Assembly (NCBI GenBank): GCA_964036045.1
Contig: OZ038378.1
Coordinates: 118,420,001-118,484,000, forward strand
From: Eutreptiella sp. 'Long Island Sound 2002'
Lineage: Eukaryota; Protista; Euglenida
Direction: 5' to 3'
Length of the DNA stretch: 64,000 nucleotides
Shown: positions 48,240-61,079 of the stretch, piece by piece
Position numbering within the stretch: position 1 is the stretch's first letter
Layout of the letters: each line of letters begins with the position of its first letter
Notes under the pieces: model-generated
What the model was told of the DNA's origin: nothing
Databases searched by the model: none
The model's input: only the letters and a program-made list of their open reading frames with translations
Program-made: the position numbers and the translations under genes

Positions 48240-48640
48240 GAGCAATGCCGCCCAGTCCGCCTTGTGCAGCAGCGCGTTACTGTGGTGGGAGGTAGCCCGG
48301 GCAAAGAAGAATGGATGCTCGGTGTGGTGCTCGCGCACGCGCAGGCTGTCCTGAAACCACCGCAGGAGCACCTGGTATGCCTTTGCCGCACCCGCAGGGG
48401 ACCCCCGTGGCCCGCTTGCCGTCCGCGTGTCACAGGAGGTGGAGGATGACCTCGGCGTCCACTGTATGGACCCACAGCCTGTGGGTGCCGTACTGCAGGG
48501 GAGGTAAAGTGGTCAGCCCCTCCCCGTCAGGTACCGTGCCTGCGATGGCAACCACCCACGTGCGGGGGAGGTCGGCAGCGAGGACGACACTAGTGGCGTG
48601 CCTGCAGGGCCCGCCCCCCGATGCGTCGGAGGATGTGTGG
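48240..48640 (-). pseudogene. RNase H of the second non-LTR family
   Basis: HTSSDASGG...PDGEGL...HTVDAEVI...ARATSHHSNALLHKADWAA. Confidence 0.7.
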
Positions 48641-49899
48641 CCCCAGGCTTCTGAGATCCGATAGTACCCGCTGGGATGCAGCCACCCCGCGTTGAGGGCG
48701 GCCGAGTGCCACTTGACGCCGGGGTGGCCGCGGGTCAACTGGTCCACGCTCAGTGCCAGAGTGTCCTAGGGGCGGATTGCCGGGTGGTCGATGAAGCGAA
48801 CTTCAGCTCCGGTGACCGTGCTCGCCCAAGACCAGAGCACTGTTAGGTGCTCCCTGAGCCACGCCAGGCTTCCGCTTTGGTGCACCACCAGGTGCACTGT
48901 GTCGTCTGGCTGGTCCTCCAGCGTGTGCACCGCCATGTGTGGATCGTGTGGCACCCTCGTAGCCACCAGCAGGCCGGTTCCGTGGGGTACCTCACGGGGC
49001 CTGAACTGGCCCGCCACCAACTGCACTATATCCCACCAGGTCCGGAGCTGCGCCTGTTCCGTCGCCCGGGCGCATTGGTTGTCCGTGGTCACCAACCACA
49101 CCAATGTTGGTCCGTGGCGTTGTGGGCGTAGGGGCTCCGCCGCCGCCACGTCCGCATTGGGCGCCTTGTGTCTGCTGTCCGCCAGCACGTCACGGAGGAT
49201 GTACTTGAGGGCTGCCGGCGGTGGTACGCCGACCCCTGCGTGGGGGAGGATAGGCCGGCCTGATGGCTGTAGCCCCGGACGTGGAGGTGCAGGCCGTCCA
49301 GGGGCCACCCGTGGACCAGTGTGGGTGTCCTGTTTAGCCCTCTTTGGGTGGTCGAGCCTCAGGCGGGGGTCCTGCCTGCCGGTGGTGTGGAACAGGTGGA
49401 CCAGGCCATCGTGCCATCCGGGGTGCTCGGTTGGCCCCTGTTCGGGACAGCAGTAGTGGAGCTGCTCATCGGCGTACTAGTTCAGGCACTCCCGCACCGC
49501 TGCTTGCCATGGGTCGTAGTTGTCCGGAAAGGGGTGGTGGGGCCTGTGGTTTTCCTGACAGGGCGTCGTGTGTGGCACCGTCAGGCGGCACGTGTCGCGG
49601 TGCCGCAGCTTGGCGATACGCAGCGTGACGACATTGTCCGGGGGGGACTGCAGCTTGACGTGGGCCGCCCTGGGGCACTCGATGGGGTTGTAGAGCCCCA
49701 CTGCCAGAGCAGCCACTGCTCGGGGCACGCAAAGGACCCCGTTGCCCGCCGCCGGGGTTGCACACTCGGGGACGGGATAGTGAACCTCGGGGCAAATGCC
49801 ATGCGCTCCGGCGATTCTCCAGAAAATCCTGGTGACCTCGGCGCGCACAGAAGCCGAGCATGCGCACGGGGGCTACCGCCCTGTGCTGGCACTGTGTTG

Positions 49900-50445
49900 G
49901 CACCTGCATGAGCCCCAGGGTCCGGTCATCCTGTAGACTTGACTTTGAGGCGTCAAAGTTGTACCGCGCCCTGCCCTTTGCGACCTGGACCGTGATGTGG
50001 TCAAGGTGGCGCGCGGCGTCCGAGTTGTCAGCGATGAAGGGGGCAACGTGCTTGTTCATGCCCCCCAGGATCGTCAGGATGACGTACTGCACTACTTTGA
50101 ACGGCGTGAGGGTGGTGGGGCACCAGTGGTGCACCGCCGCCAGGCGCAAACGGTGTTTGCGCTGCAGGGAGAATTCCCTGTCCGGCTGCAGCTGGAGTCC
50201 CAGGTAGGGGACGGAGTCTGCCGCCTGTACCAAGTGCCATGGGTTTTTCCAGGCCGGGGGAGAGGCGTAGGTGCAGGCCCGGTACTTCCACCGTAGTGGC
50301 AATGGCGCACTTGCGGGGGTTGGACTCCATGCCCACCATCCCGATGTACGCGGCCACCACCTCTACGCCCTCGACGAAGTGCTTGTGGGCCACAACTAGC
50401 AGGCCGTCTATATAGGCCTGGATGAGGCCCCTCTTGGCCTCTCCA
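49900..50445 (-). pseudogene. RT C-terminal remnant (YxDD motif and thumb)
   Basis: LIQAYIDGLLVVAH (decayed YIDD)...MESNPRKC...VPYLG. Confidence 0.8.
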
Positions 50446-50455
50446 GCGGGCGCAC

Positions 50456-50940
50456 TCAGCCGAGGCTGTGCGCCGTGGCATACATTTGCATGTCGGCTGA
50501 AAACGCTGCCGGCCCCGCCCAGGGGGAGCAGCCTGCCTGCGGCCCCTGGACATTGATGAGGGTGAGGCCGCCCTTGTCCGTGAGGATCTCCAGGACCGCG
50601 GCTTTAGCAGGGACGAGTTTCATGAAGCTGAGCACCTCGTGCTCGGCCACGTACTTGCTGCTGACGGCAGTGAGGGGGCCTCCCCCTCTCGCGGTCGAGG
50701 TTGAGGGGGTGTACCCGCTGTCCCGAAGCGCCGCGGCCACGTGCATCTCCTGCGCCCGGATGGCGATACCCGTTTCCTCGAGCATGATGGCAAAGCCCCC
50801 CTCCTGGGGCAGCATGCCGGTGATGAGGTGCTCCCTATCGGTACACGCTGCCAGCCCCTGGCGTCGTTGGAGTGTGTCCTGGAGGGACCGGTCGGGCGGG
50901 ACGAAGCCGTTGCGCAGGTTCCAGGAGAGGAGCCAGAGGG
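50456..50940 (-). pseudogene. APE endonuclease, N-terminal half
   Basis: LWLLSWNLRNG...IMLEETG...GGGPLTAVSSKY...LTLINVQGP. The sequence breaks before the GDxN motif. Confidence 0.8.
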
Positions 50941-51359
50941 CGTCACCCGCCGCTTCTTCCTGGAGTCAGCTGTCCCTCACGGGCATCACCTCGGGGTCTG
51001 CCAGGGCTGCCAGGGCCCCTGGGCGGTGCCGGGACCATCGGGTCAGGAGAGACCGCCTCCAGGGGGGCCCACAGGGGGGCCAGTCCTCTGAGGATGCACC
51101 CCTGGTGGATTGCACCGCCAGCCCCTGGGGCCGCCTCGGCCGCCTCCTCTCCCCCTTCAGGGGCCGCCACGTCGTCAGGCCCCCGGGGGGGGGCACAGTG
51201 GGGATGTTGGGCGTGCCACGGAGACCTCAGTGCCCGTCCTTGGAGGATCTGGGCGGCCACCTCCTTGTCTTCTGCCGGGGCGGTGACGTGCACCGTGTGC
51301 CACGCCAGGCACTCCAGCATCGCCCAGCTTGTGTAGAACCTGTCTGCACATAGGGGGCT

Positions 51360-54300
51360 TGTTGTGGGTTCCGTGGCCCTCATTGCCGGAGGGAGCGGTA
51401 CCGACTTCCGGATCGAGCTCTCTGGCGCTGGGTCGAAGGCTAGATTGGCCAGTGGGACCTTGAGCGGCGCCAGCGCGCGGCCGGCAGCCGACGCGTCGGC
51501 GGCCCTCGCCGTGGGTGCGGGTCTGAGGACTCGGACGGTGGTGCGCTGCGCGTCTGCCTGTAGCCACTTTTGCCAGTGTGTGGCACCGATCTGGCGGTCG
51601 GGCTTGCCTCTCTACTGCAGGTCGTGGAAGGCCTGCAGCAAGTGGTATACCGCCAGCTGGAGCTTTAGGTCGGCAGGAAGCGCCGCCGCCGGCAACACCC
51701 CCGGTTATGCCACTTGCATTGTCCCTGAGGTGGCCTTCCAGCAGGAGGACGTGGTGTTCGCCCTCTCAAGTGCCTTGACGATTACGCGGGCGCAGTCCTC
51801 CACGCGGATCACGGCCTCAGGCACCGGCAGGCGTTCGGGGTCGCAGACGGCGATGTGCGCTTCTGCTGGGCCGAACATGCAGACCACCCACTTCGGGCTC
51901 TGCTGTCCGCGTTGCGCAACAGGGAGGGTGGCACTCAGGCAGGCGTGCGTGATGAGCCCCGCGTGGAGGTCTGGAACATCCATGGTCTGGATGGCGTCGC
52001 CCCGCCATGCGGCCTGTAGATGCTCCTCCTGGTCGGGGCTTCAGACCAGTGTGGGGGGGTTGGCCCGTCCCGGCTCGTGCCGCTTGCTTGGGGCGCTGAT
52101 GGTGTGCAGCAGGACTGCCAGCGGCTAGGCGTTCGCCGCGTTATAGTAGGCCCAGGTGGGCTCCCGCCGCCAATCGACATGGAGCGGGAGGGCCCCTTGC
52201 CTGGTGGTGCCATGCCAGACGGTCCATTGGTCTCCGGCTAGGATGTGCGACCGATAGCCCCTGGCTGGGGCCGTGTAGGATGGCTTGGTAGCCTGCCGTC
52301 TGTATCCCCAGCGCTTCCCCTTGCTGGGGCCCGGCAGGGGGTGTTCGGCTGTCTGTGTCCCTGACGCGGATGCGCTCGCGGAGCGTGGTGTGCCAACAGT
52401 GGGGCGCAAAGCGCCGCGGCCCTTGCATCCTGGCAACGATCTGTGCCTAGACGTGGTGGTGGACGAAGGTTTCTGCGGCGTCCGCCAGCAGCGCCGCCAC
52501 GATGCTGTACAGCTGCTGTGCCGCGGGGGGTGCCGTCTGTGTGTGTGTCGCGGCTGGGTGGCAGGGTCGCGCATCCCGGCAGGGGACGTGGGGCAGCAAG
52601 CGCGCCAGCCATACTGCCACCGGTCCCATGGTGACAGCATGCGACCGTGGACGCCAGTGCAATGCGGTCCGCCGGCCGCTACGGCCTGCCTGGGATGGTG
52701 TCCGGCGTGAGGTGACTGCAGGCCGCGGTCCTGGCCACCACCCCGCAGTTCATGCCATCCGGCTCGGCCCCGTTCGCGTTGCTGCCTCCCCTATGCTGCA
52801 CCGCGGTGGTCGCTTCGAGTGCGGGTCCCCGCAGCAGTGCCTGCTGGCCCTGTTCTTGCGGGAGGGCTGGCGGGGCCGGCTGCGGGAAGCCCGGTGCGCC
52901 CAGGCGCTCCGGGGCTGTGTTGTACAGGTTCTGCCGGCGGTGCCACGGGGCCGCCCACAAGAGGGAGAGGAGTTGGTGCAAGTACCAGTGGCCCTACGCA
53001 GTGGACGCATTGCGGAGTGACAGCCACTGTCCCACCAGCCCTATCGCGTGGCTGGCCTCGACACGGTGCTGTAGTCCTAGGCGGGCGAGCTGTTTGGACG
53101 TACCCGCTGGCGGAACATGGGCGTGCAGGTAGAGCACCCGCAAGGGTTCCAGCGCCAAGCCCAGCACCTCATTGGTGAGCGGTTCCGTCGGGGCTGACGC
53201 CCTGTGCAGGACGTGGCAGACCCGAGGTGTGGGGGCTGTTAGTCGCTCAAGCACCGGCCTCAGTGCATATCGTGCGCCCGGGGTCGCCAGCCATTCTCTG
53301 GTGTTGCTCAGTGGGGGCTGCGACACGTCCTGTGTGGGGGAGCCGCGGGGGGCCAATGGGGGGACTGTTCGTTGGCCACATGGGTTGCGGGGCAGCAGCT
53401 GTCATCCATCTGCACAGCATGTCGGGCACGATGGCCACCCATTCCACAGTCCCCATGTCCTCGTCGTGAAGCACTGCCTCCACTTGCGCCAAGGGGAAGT
53501 ACGGGCTCGGGCGTCCGTTCTCTCGCCACCGAACCCAGGCCGCTCCCGCCTGCAGGCTGCGGAGCAGGGTTGCGCCAGGGGGCTGGGGCAGCGGGAAAGC
53601 CCCTTTGATGGCCTCGGTGGCACGAACCAGGGCATCGGTGGGCAAGTACCAGAAGGGGGGGATCCAGGGGTCCGCCAGCGGTTGTGCCTCCTATGTGTCC
53701 CACTTCCATCCTGAGTCTGGCGGGGCAGCCGGGACCGTACCTGTCTGCAGGAAGGGGCGCGCCCTCTTGTCAGGGTGTCGTTGAAGGGTCGCCTCGAAGC
53801 TGAACGCCTCTGCCGCGGGCGCCACCAGGAGACCATTTTGGGCTCTGTGCCAGGGGTAGACCTGGTAGGCGGGCGAGGCGCGGAGCTCCCGGGCGATTTC
53901 TGCCGCGGTGCAACATGATGGCGATTGCTGCCCATGTGGAGAAAGGCCACGTCCGTGACAGGATGTAAAACTGGATGGTCCACTGTGGGCGCGCTTCTCG
54001 CACTCAGGACGCGTGGAGCACCCCTCCGACAATGTCCGCGGCAAGTCCCAGTACCATCCCTGTGGGCTCCACGACAATCCCCTCCGCCGGTCTGCCGTGG
54101 CGGCCCCGGGTGTGCAGGGCCACTTCGGTCTCCACGGCTTCCGCGTTGTGTCATCCTTGATCCAGCCCGGCGCCACACCGTATTGCAGGGCGGCGTATGT
54201 GGTCGGGTACACCACTGCAGGCAGCACCCCATCGTTGGCGGTGGGCCGGGGGTGTTGCCTGGGGCACCAGCCCTCTCCGGTGCAGTGCCCCCGCTTCCAC

Positions 54301-54504
54301 GCGGGGCAGAGGGCTTGCACGCTGCCCGCCGGCGCCGGGCGTCCCGCGGGCGCGCCGCCCGTGGGGGCCTCTGGGATCAGCTCCAGGTCGGAGGGGAGGA
54401 TCCCTGCCGCGGCTTTGAAGTCTCAGCCCCCCGATGACCTCGTGTGCCTCGTCGAGCGCCGGAGATCGGGGGCGCGCTTTGCGTGTAGCCGTGGGCTCTG
54501 CCAT
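51360..54504 (-). pseudogene. ORF1 of the second non-LTR family with a CCCH zinc finger
   Basis: ATG at 54504 (MAEPTA...). CPAWKRGHCTGEGWCPRQH (C-x7-C-x5-C-x3-H, 54252-54308). Multiple frameshifts. Confidence 0.6.
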
Positions 54505-54534
54505 AGCTGTGTCGTTGTGTTTGAGAACTGGCTC

Positions 54535-54580
54535 TGAACTCAGAAAAGACGGAAGGATGAAAGAATAAAAGAATACATTA
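54535..54580 (-). promoter_or_regulatory. Polypyrimidine tract plus AG upstream of ORF1 (splice or trans-splice acceptor-like); copy at ~57783-57828
   Basis: - strand reads ttcttttattctttcatccttccgtcttttctgag, about 35 nt before the ATG. Confidence 0.4.
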
Positions 54581-56055
54581 ATCCGAGTCCTCTGACTCCT
54601 CTGGCTCTGGCTTATCCAACCCTGTGGCTTGGGTCAGCGGGGGGACAATCAGAAGGACAAGCTCGCCCTGACCAGCTGAGCTGCCATCCAGCAGGGGGAA
54701 AGGCACCATGCAGGAATTGGGGCGGTGCCCCATGCCCCTGACGTAGTCCACGACTGACGTCAGTATCCCAAGGGGGAGGGCACCCTCTGGCCTCCCAACC
54801 ATCCCCCCCCCTGCCGTCCCCGGACCTGTCTTAATCGAGGAGCTGTAAGGCTTGAGGGCACCAACCCCATTCTTCCTCTTCCTGTGCGCCGTTGCAAAGG
54901 CCATCTTCCTCCTTGCCTTCACCACTGTAGAAGACACAAGGAAATAAGGGTCGAACTCAAACTCAGACTGAGGCGGGGGGGAAGGGTGGCAGTCGCGATT
55001 GGGTGAAGCACCACCAAGAAAACAATGTACCCTGCGAGGGGGGCAAAAGGCACCGGCTCTTTGCCCCCCAGGGGTGGCAACTTCTCTGCGACCTTTTGGA
55101 AACCCTCACCACAATGGGGGCCCACTCAGTGCGCCGAAGGGCAAGGTTCCCAGGTACTGCGACCTAGGATGCTGTGGCATTAACCATGGCTCTACACTCC
55201 CTTTCCTTGCGTGGCAAATTTTTCAAGTGGGAGGGTTTACTCCACTGTGTTGTAGGGTGCCGCAGGCGCCACAGCAGCACCCGCACTGCAATACATCAAC
55301 AACGCTTTGGATTGCAGTGCGGGGGGCTGAGTGTGCAGGGCAACTGCAACCCTGTTGCGCGAAGGATCACATAGGTTGACTAGGAGGCATTAGTGCCTGC
55401 CGAATCATAACCTTCCAACCCTCCATGCATGCGCGGAAAAGACGATGCGGTGCAGCAAGTCGTCCCCCCCCCAATCACGTCTCATTTGTCAAAAAGAGCG
55501 AGCCTGTAGGCAGGCATTTTTGGCTGGGGCAACTTGAGGAGATGCCGCTTTTTGGCCTCCCCCCATGGGGCACACGTCTGCACTAGCAGCCCCTATGGGC
55601 ACTGGCATTGTCACTGAGCCTGGGGTCCTTCTTCTTGAGGCAAGCCCCTCCATGTCTCCTCTTCTCGAACATCGCTAGCACCCGCTGCTCTGCTGCCTTA
55701 AGCTCCTTAACCTCTTCCTCAAATGTCCCCCTCAGTAACCTAAGCTGCACAGCTGGCTGCATAAACTGCATCACAACCCAATGGCGCACCTGGGGAGTCA
55801 TCTCGAAAATAAAACAAGCGCTGATTCCATTTTCCGGAATGGTCAGCTGCAGCAAGGCCACAGGGAGGGCGGAGGGGAGGACCCAAAATTTTCAAAGCCT
55901 CGCCTGGTTTGCTTACCCGTGATGGCAGCCTTGGTGTGCTGGCCGTCCCGGGGCCGTGGGTGAACCAGGCCTGGACTGCAGCCCAGTCCTTGTTCTTCTT
56001 GGTGCATATATGCAGAAAGTACTACACTTGCTCAGCTGCCACGGCCATGCCCGCA
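54578..56055 (-). pseudogene. Unidentified degenerate coding sequence (duplicated at ~57826-59300)
   Basis: Protein-like fragments (TFEEEVKELKAAEQRVLAMFEKRR; ...DKPEPEESEDSD*) are retained in both copies. No family recognised. Confidence 0.3.
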
Positions 56056-59000
56056 ACTACACATGGCCTCGAGCCAGCCGCCAGTGAACTGGAGTCCAAG
56101 TTCTTGCGGGAGGGCTGGCGGGGCCGGCTGCGGGAAGCCCGGTGCGCCCAGGCGCTCCGGGGCTGTGTTGTAGAGGTTCTGCTGGCGGTGCCACGGGGCC
56201 GCCCACGAGATGGAGAGGAGTTGGTGCAAGTACCAGTGGCCCTACGCAGTTGACGCATTGCGGAGTGACAGCCACTGTCCCACCACCACTATCGCGTGGG
56301 TGGCCTCGACACGGTGCTGTAGTTCTAGGCGGGCGAGCTGTTTGGACGTACCCGCCGGCGGAATATGGGCCTGCAGGTAGAGCACCCGCAGGGGTTCCAG
56401 CGCCAAGCCCAGCACCTCATTGGTGAGCTGTTCCGTCGGGGCTGACGCCCTGTGCAGGACGTGGCGGACCCGAGGTGTGGGGGCTGTGAGTCGCTCAAGC
56501 ACCGGCCTCAGTGGGTATCGCGCGCCCGGGGTCGCCAGCCATTCTCTGGTGTTGCTCAGTGGGGCCTGCGACACGTCCTGTGTGGGGGCGTGGCGGGGGG
56601 CCAATGGGGGTACTGTTCGTTGGCCACATGGGTTGCGGGGCGGCAGCTGTCATCCATCTGCACACCGTGTCGGGCATGATGGCCACCCATTCCACAGTCC
56701 CCATGTCCTCATCGTCAGGCGCTGCCTCCCCTTGCGCCAAGGGGAAGTACGGGCTCGGGCGTCAGTTCTCTCGCTACCGAACCCAGGCCGCTCCCGCCTG
56801 CAGGCTGCGGAGCAGGGCTGCGCCAGGGGGCTGGGGCAGCGGGCAAGCCCCTTTGATGGCCTGGGTGGCACGTACCAGGGCATCGATGGGCAAGTACCAG
56901 AAGGGGGGGATCCAGGGGTCCGCCAGCGGTTGTGCCTCCTCTGTATTCCACTTCCATCCTGAGTCTGGCGGGGCAGCCGGGATCGTACCTGTCTGCAGGA
57001 AGGGGCGCGCCCTCTTGCCGGGGTGTCGTTGAAGGGTCGCCTCGAGGCTGAACGCCTCTGCCGCGGGCGCCACCAGGAGACCGTTTTGGGCTCTGTGCCA
57101 GGGGAAGACCTGGTCGGCCGGCGAGGCGCGGAGCTCCCGGGCGATTTCCGCCGCGGTGCAACATGATGGCGAGTGCCGCCCATGTGGAGAAAGGCCACGT
57201 CCGTGACAGGATGTAAACCTGGATGGTCAACTGTGGCCGCGCATTTCGCACTCGGGACGCGTGGAGCACCCCTCGGACAATGTCCGCGGCAAGTCCCAGT
57301 ACCATCCCTGTGGGCTCTACGATGATCCCCTCTGCCGGTCTGCCGTGGCGGCCCCGGGTGTGCAGGGCCACTTCGGTCTCCACGGCTTCCGCGTTGTCTC
57401 ATCCTTGATCCAGCCCGGCGCCACACCGTATTGCAGGGCGGCGTATGTGGCCGGGTACACCACTGCGGGCAGCACCCCATCGTTGGCGGTGGGCCGGGGC
57501 TGTTGCCTGGGGCACCAGCCCTCTCCGGTGCAGTGCCCCCGCTTCCACGCGGGGCAGAAGGCTTGCACGCTGCCAGCCGGCGCCGGGCGTCCCGCGGGCG
57601 CGCCACCCGCGGAGGCCTCTGGGATCAGCTCCAGGTCGGACGGGAGGGTCCCTGCCGCGGCTTTAAAGTCTCAGTCCCCCGATGACATCGTGTGCCTCGT
57701 CGAGCGCCGGATATTGGGGGTGTGTTTTGCGTGAAGCCGTGGGCTCTGCCATAGCTGTGTCGTTGTGTTTGAGAGCTGGGTCTGAACTCATAAAATACGG
57801 AAGGATGAAAGAATAAAAGAATACCTTAATCCGAGTCCTCTGACTCCTCTGGCTCTGGCTTATCCAACCCTGTGGCTTGGGTCACCGGGGGGACAATCAG
57901 AAGGACAAGCTCGCCCTGACCAGCTGGGCTGCCATCCAGCAGGGGGAAAGGCACCATGCAGGAATTGGGGCGGTGCCCCATGCCCCTGACGTAGTCCACG
58001 ACTGACGTCAGTATCCCAAGGGGGAGGGCACCCTCTGGCCTCCCAACCATCCCCCCCCCTGCCGTCCCCGGACCTGTCTTAATTGAGGAGGTGTAGGGGT
58101 TGAGGGCACCAACCCCATTCTTCTTCTTCCTGTGCGCCGTTGCAAAGGCCATCTTCCTCCTCGCCTTCACCACTGTAGAAGACACAAGGAAATAAGGGTC
58201 GAACTCGAACTCAGACAGAGGCGGGGGGGAAGGGTGGCAGTCGCGATTGGGTGAAGCACCACCAAGGAAACAATGTACCCTGTGAGGGGGGCAAAAGGCA
58301 CCGGCTCTTTGCCCCCCAGGGGTGGCAACCTCTCTGCGACCTTTGCGAACCCCTCACCACCATGGGGGCCCACTCAGTGCGCCGAAGGGCAAGGTTCCCA
58401 GGTACTGCGACCTAGGATGCTGTGGCATCAACCATGGCCCTACACTCCCTTCCCTGCGTGGCAAATTCTCCAAGTGGGAGGGTTTACTCCACTGTGTTGT
58501 AGGGTGCCGCAGGCGCCACAGCAAGACCCCCACTGCAATACATCAACAACGCTTTCGATTGCAGTGCGGGGGGCGGAGTGTGCAGGGCAACTGCAACCCT
58601 GTTGCGCGAAGGATCACATAGGTTGAGTGGGAGGCATTAGTGCCTGCCTAATCATAACCTTCGACCCCCCCATGCATGGGCGGAAAAAACGATGCGGTGC
58701 AGCAACTCGTCCCCCCCCAAACACGTCCCATTTGTCAAAAAGAGCGAGCGTGTAGGCAGGCATATTTGGCTGGGGCAACTTGAGGAGATGGCGCCTTTTG
58801 GCTTCCCCCCATGGGGCACCCGTCTGCACTAGCAGCCCCTATGGGTACCGGCATTGTCACTGAGCCTGGGGACCTTCTCCTTGAGGCGAGCACCCCCATG
58901 TCTCCTCTTCTCGAACATCGCTAGCACCCGCTGCTCTGCTGCCTTAAGCTCCTTAACCTCTTCCTCAAATGTCCCCCTCAGTAACCTAAGCTGCACAGCT

Positions 59001-59299
59001 GGCTGAATAAACTGCATCACAACCCAATGGCGCACCTGGGGAGTCATCTCAAAAATAGAACAAACGCTGATGCCATTTTCCGGAATGGTCAGCTGCAGCA
59101 AGGCCACAGGGAGGGCGGAGGGGAGGACCCCAAATTTTCAAACCCTCGCCTAGTTTGCTTACCCGTGATGGCAGCCTTGGTGTGCTGGCCGTCCCGGGGC
59201 CGTGGGTGAACCAGGCCTGGACTGCAGCCCAGTCCTTTTTCTTCTTGGTGCATATGTGCAGAAAGTACTACACTTGCCCAGCTGCCACGGCCACGCCCG

Positions 59300-60530
59300 C
59301 CACTACACATGGCCTCGAGCCAGCCGCCAGTGAACTGGAGTCCAAGTTCTCTGCAAATGGTATGTGAGACACCAAAGCTGGCCAGTCAGTGACGAGGAAT
59401 CTTGACTGCAACCTCTTCGGCTAGCAGACACCTTTTTGCGCGACAGGACGACCATAGCCTAGCCGCTGTGTTGGTCCACACACAGGTCCACACAATTCAA
59501 AACTTCCCTTCGGATGTGCACGTCGAGTATGGAAAAGACGTCCATGGCCACGCTCTCCGTGGGGTGGTCAGGAATCGGCGTCCATGGGGCTTCCCCCTTG
59601 ATCTTCTGATTGTCAGGATTGCAGGCATGACACACGGAACAAGCCTTCTTGACCTGCTTGATGTCATTGTAGAGACCGATCTCGTCGACTTTGAACTGGC
59701 GCTGCATGTCTAAGGCTTGCATCTCAACTGCTGGGGGCATCATGTGGTGGTGCCGAGCTGCACAAAGCTCTGGCACCCCGAACTCCAGTACTAGCAACTC
59801 ACCATTCCGGTAGACCTTGCCATGTGCCTCTGTGAGCCCCTTTTGCCACTTTTGGCCGTCATCAGGATCAGTCACAGGGCGATACTCGGACTCTAAGGCC
59901 GCAGACTTTGCGTAGTTGTCGATCCAGCTGTCTTGGAGGCACGACTCAGGGAAGAGGTGCTTGTCGAACTCGCCACCCCTGGGACGAGTACATGGACCGC
60001 TCTGCTCACCCTTCCTTTGAGGGAGGCATCTGCAGCCATGACGACAAAGCACTGAACACCGTCATCCTCGATCATGTGCTCCATGTCGATGATCTTCTTG
60101 GCCTCAGCGGTCTCAGCCTCATCGCCAGGGGCAGACACGTCTGTCATGTTCTTGCTTGCAGGGTAGGCCAGCTTTCTAAGACAGTCCGCCACCGTGACCT
60201 TTTCTGGAACGTAGGCCACTGCAAGGTCAAACTTTGCCAGAGTCTTGTGCCATCTGGCTCTTGGGGAGGCTGGTCCTGAGGGGCTGTCGGCGTGCTCTTT
60301 GTGCCATGACTAAAGACTCTGACCGTCTGTGCAGACCGTTACAGGTTGCAGCGCTATAAACCCGGCCCACTTCATGAGACCCATGACTTAACGCCGTTCT
60401 CCTCCATCATCCCCTCGATGTGGAATATCTTCTTGACCTCAGCGGTCTCAGCCTCATCGCCATGGGCAGACACGTCTGTCATGCCCTTGCTTGCAGGGTA
60501 GGCCAACTTGCTAAGACAGTAGCAAGGTAG
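59300..60530 (-). mobile_element. pol: Second Ty3/Gypsy fragment (RNase H end plus integrase N-terminal half)
   Basis: KFDLAVAYVP..VADCL..LAYPAS; HHHMM...CSVCHAC; ESVAMDVFS; CVDQHSG; FGVSHTICRELGLQFTGGWLEAMCS. The LAYPAS..DVSA segment is locally duplicated at ~60395-60525. Confidence 0.85.
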
Positions 60531-61079
60531 GTGGGTAGGTGCACTCAGTCGTGGAGAGGCGCCCCATGGTTCCCGCTGGCGTTGCCGCTGTGACGAACAG
60601 GAAGGGGCTCTGCGCTTGAAAAGAGGAGGCAACCTACATCTCGCTAGACCTGACTGGTGGCCCCCCAAATAGCAGCCCGGGGCAACACCGGGAGGGCTGA
60701 TCGTCGCCAGCGTGATGTACTTGTCTCGCCGTCAGGGTGTGCCTCCGTGCTTGCGCACTCCCCCTTCTTTGGGAGGAAATCCTGGGGGGTTCAACAGATT
60801 TCCTGGTGTATCCCGTTCCCAAGGCATGCATGCATGTTCTTGGTACTGGGGTTCCGAGGTGCTTTGGTGTCGCACGCGCCGCCTGGAATCCCAAAGCTGC
60901 GCAGGCCTTAGGATGCAGCCTTACCCCCGGTGTCCGGATCTTGTTTGGCAGGGTCACCTGCATGGCACGGGCTGCCTCAGTGCTCATTCTATGGACACTG
61001 GATTTCCTACTGTTGTGTGGCGCTTGTGTTTGTGTTTGAGTTTCACGGTTACCCCGCCGTGTTTGTGTGCGTGCTCTGT

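Larger units (their letters stand above)
44220..54570 (-). mobile_element. Non-LTR retrotransposon (ORF1 with CCCH finger; APE-RT-RNase H-CCHC), internally deleted, with a long 3' coding extension
   Basis: APE, RT, RNase H and CCHC motifs in the expected order (see sub-features). No poly(A) is visible at 44220. Confidence 0.85.
52852..59350. repeat. Tandem duplication of a ~3248-bp unit (52852-56099 and 56100-59350)
   Basis: Paired ORFs are offset by 3248/3246 bp. GTTCT is present at 52852, 56100 and 59346. Confidence 0.95.

Noticed and set aside
51600-52030. Second Ulp1-like domain in ORF1 (SPKWVVCMF…IAVCDP)
   Set aside because: Lys occupies the catalytic His position and no nucleophilic Cys motif was found; resemblance only.
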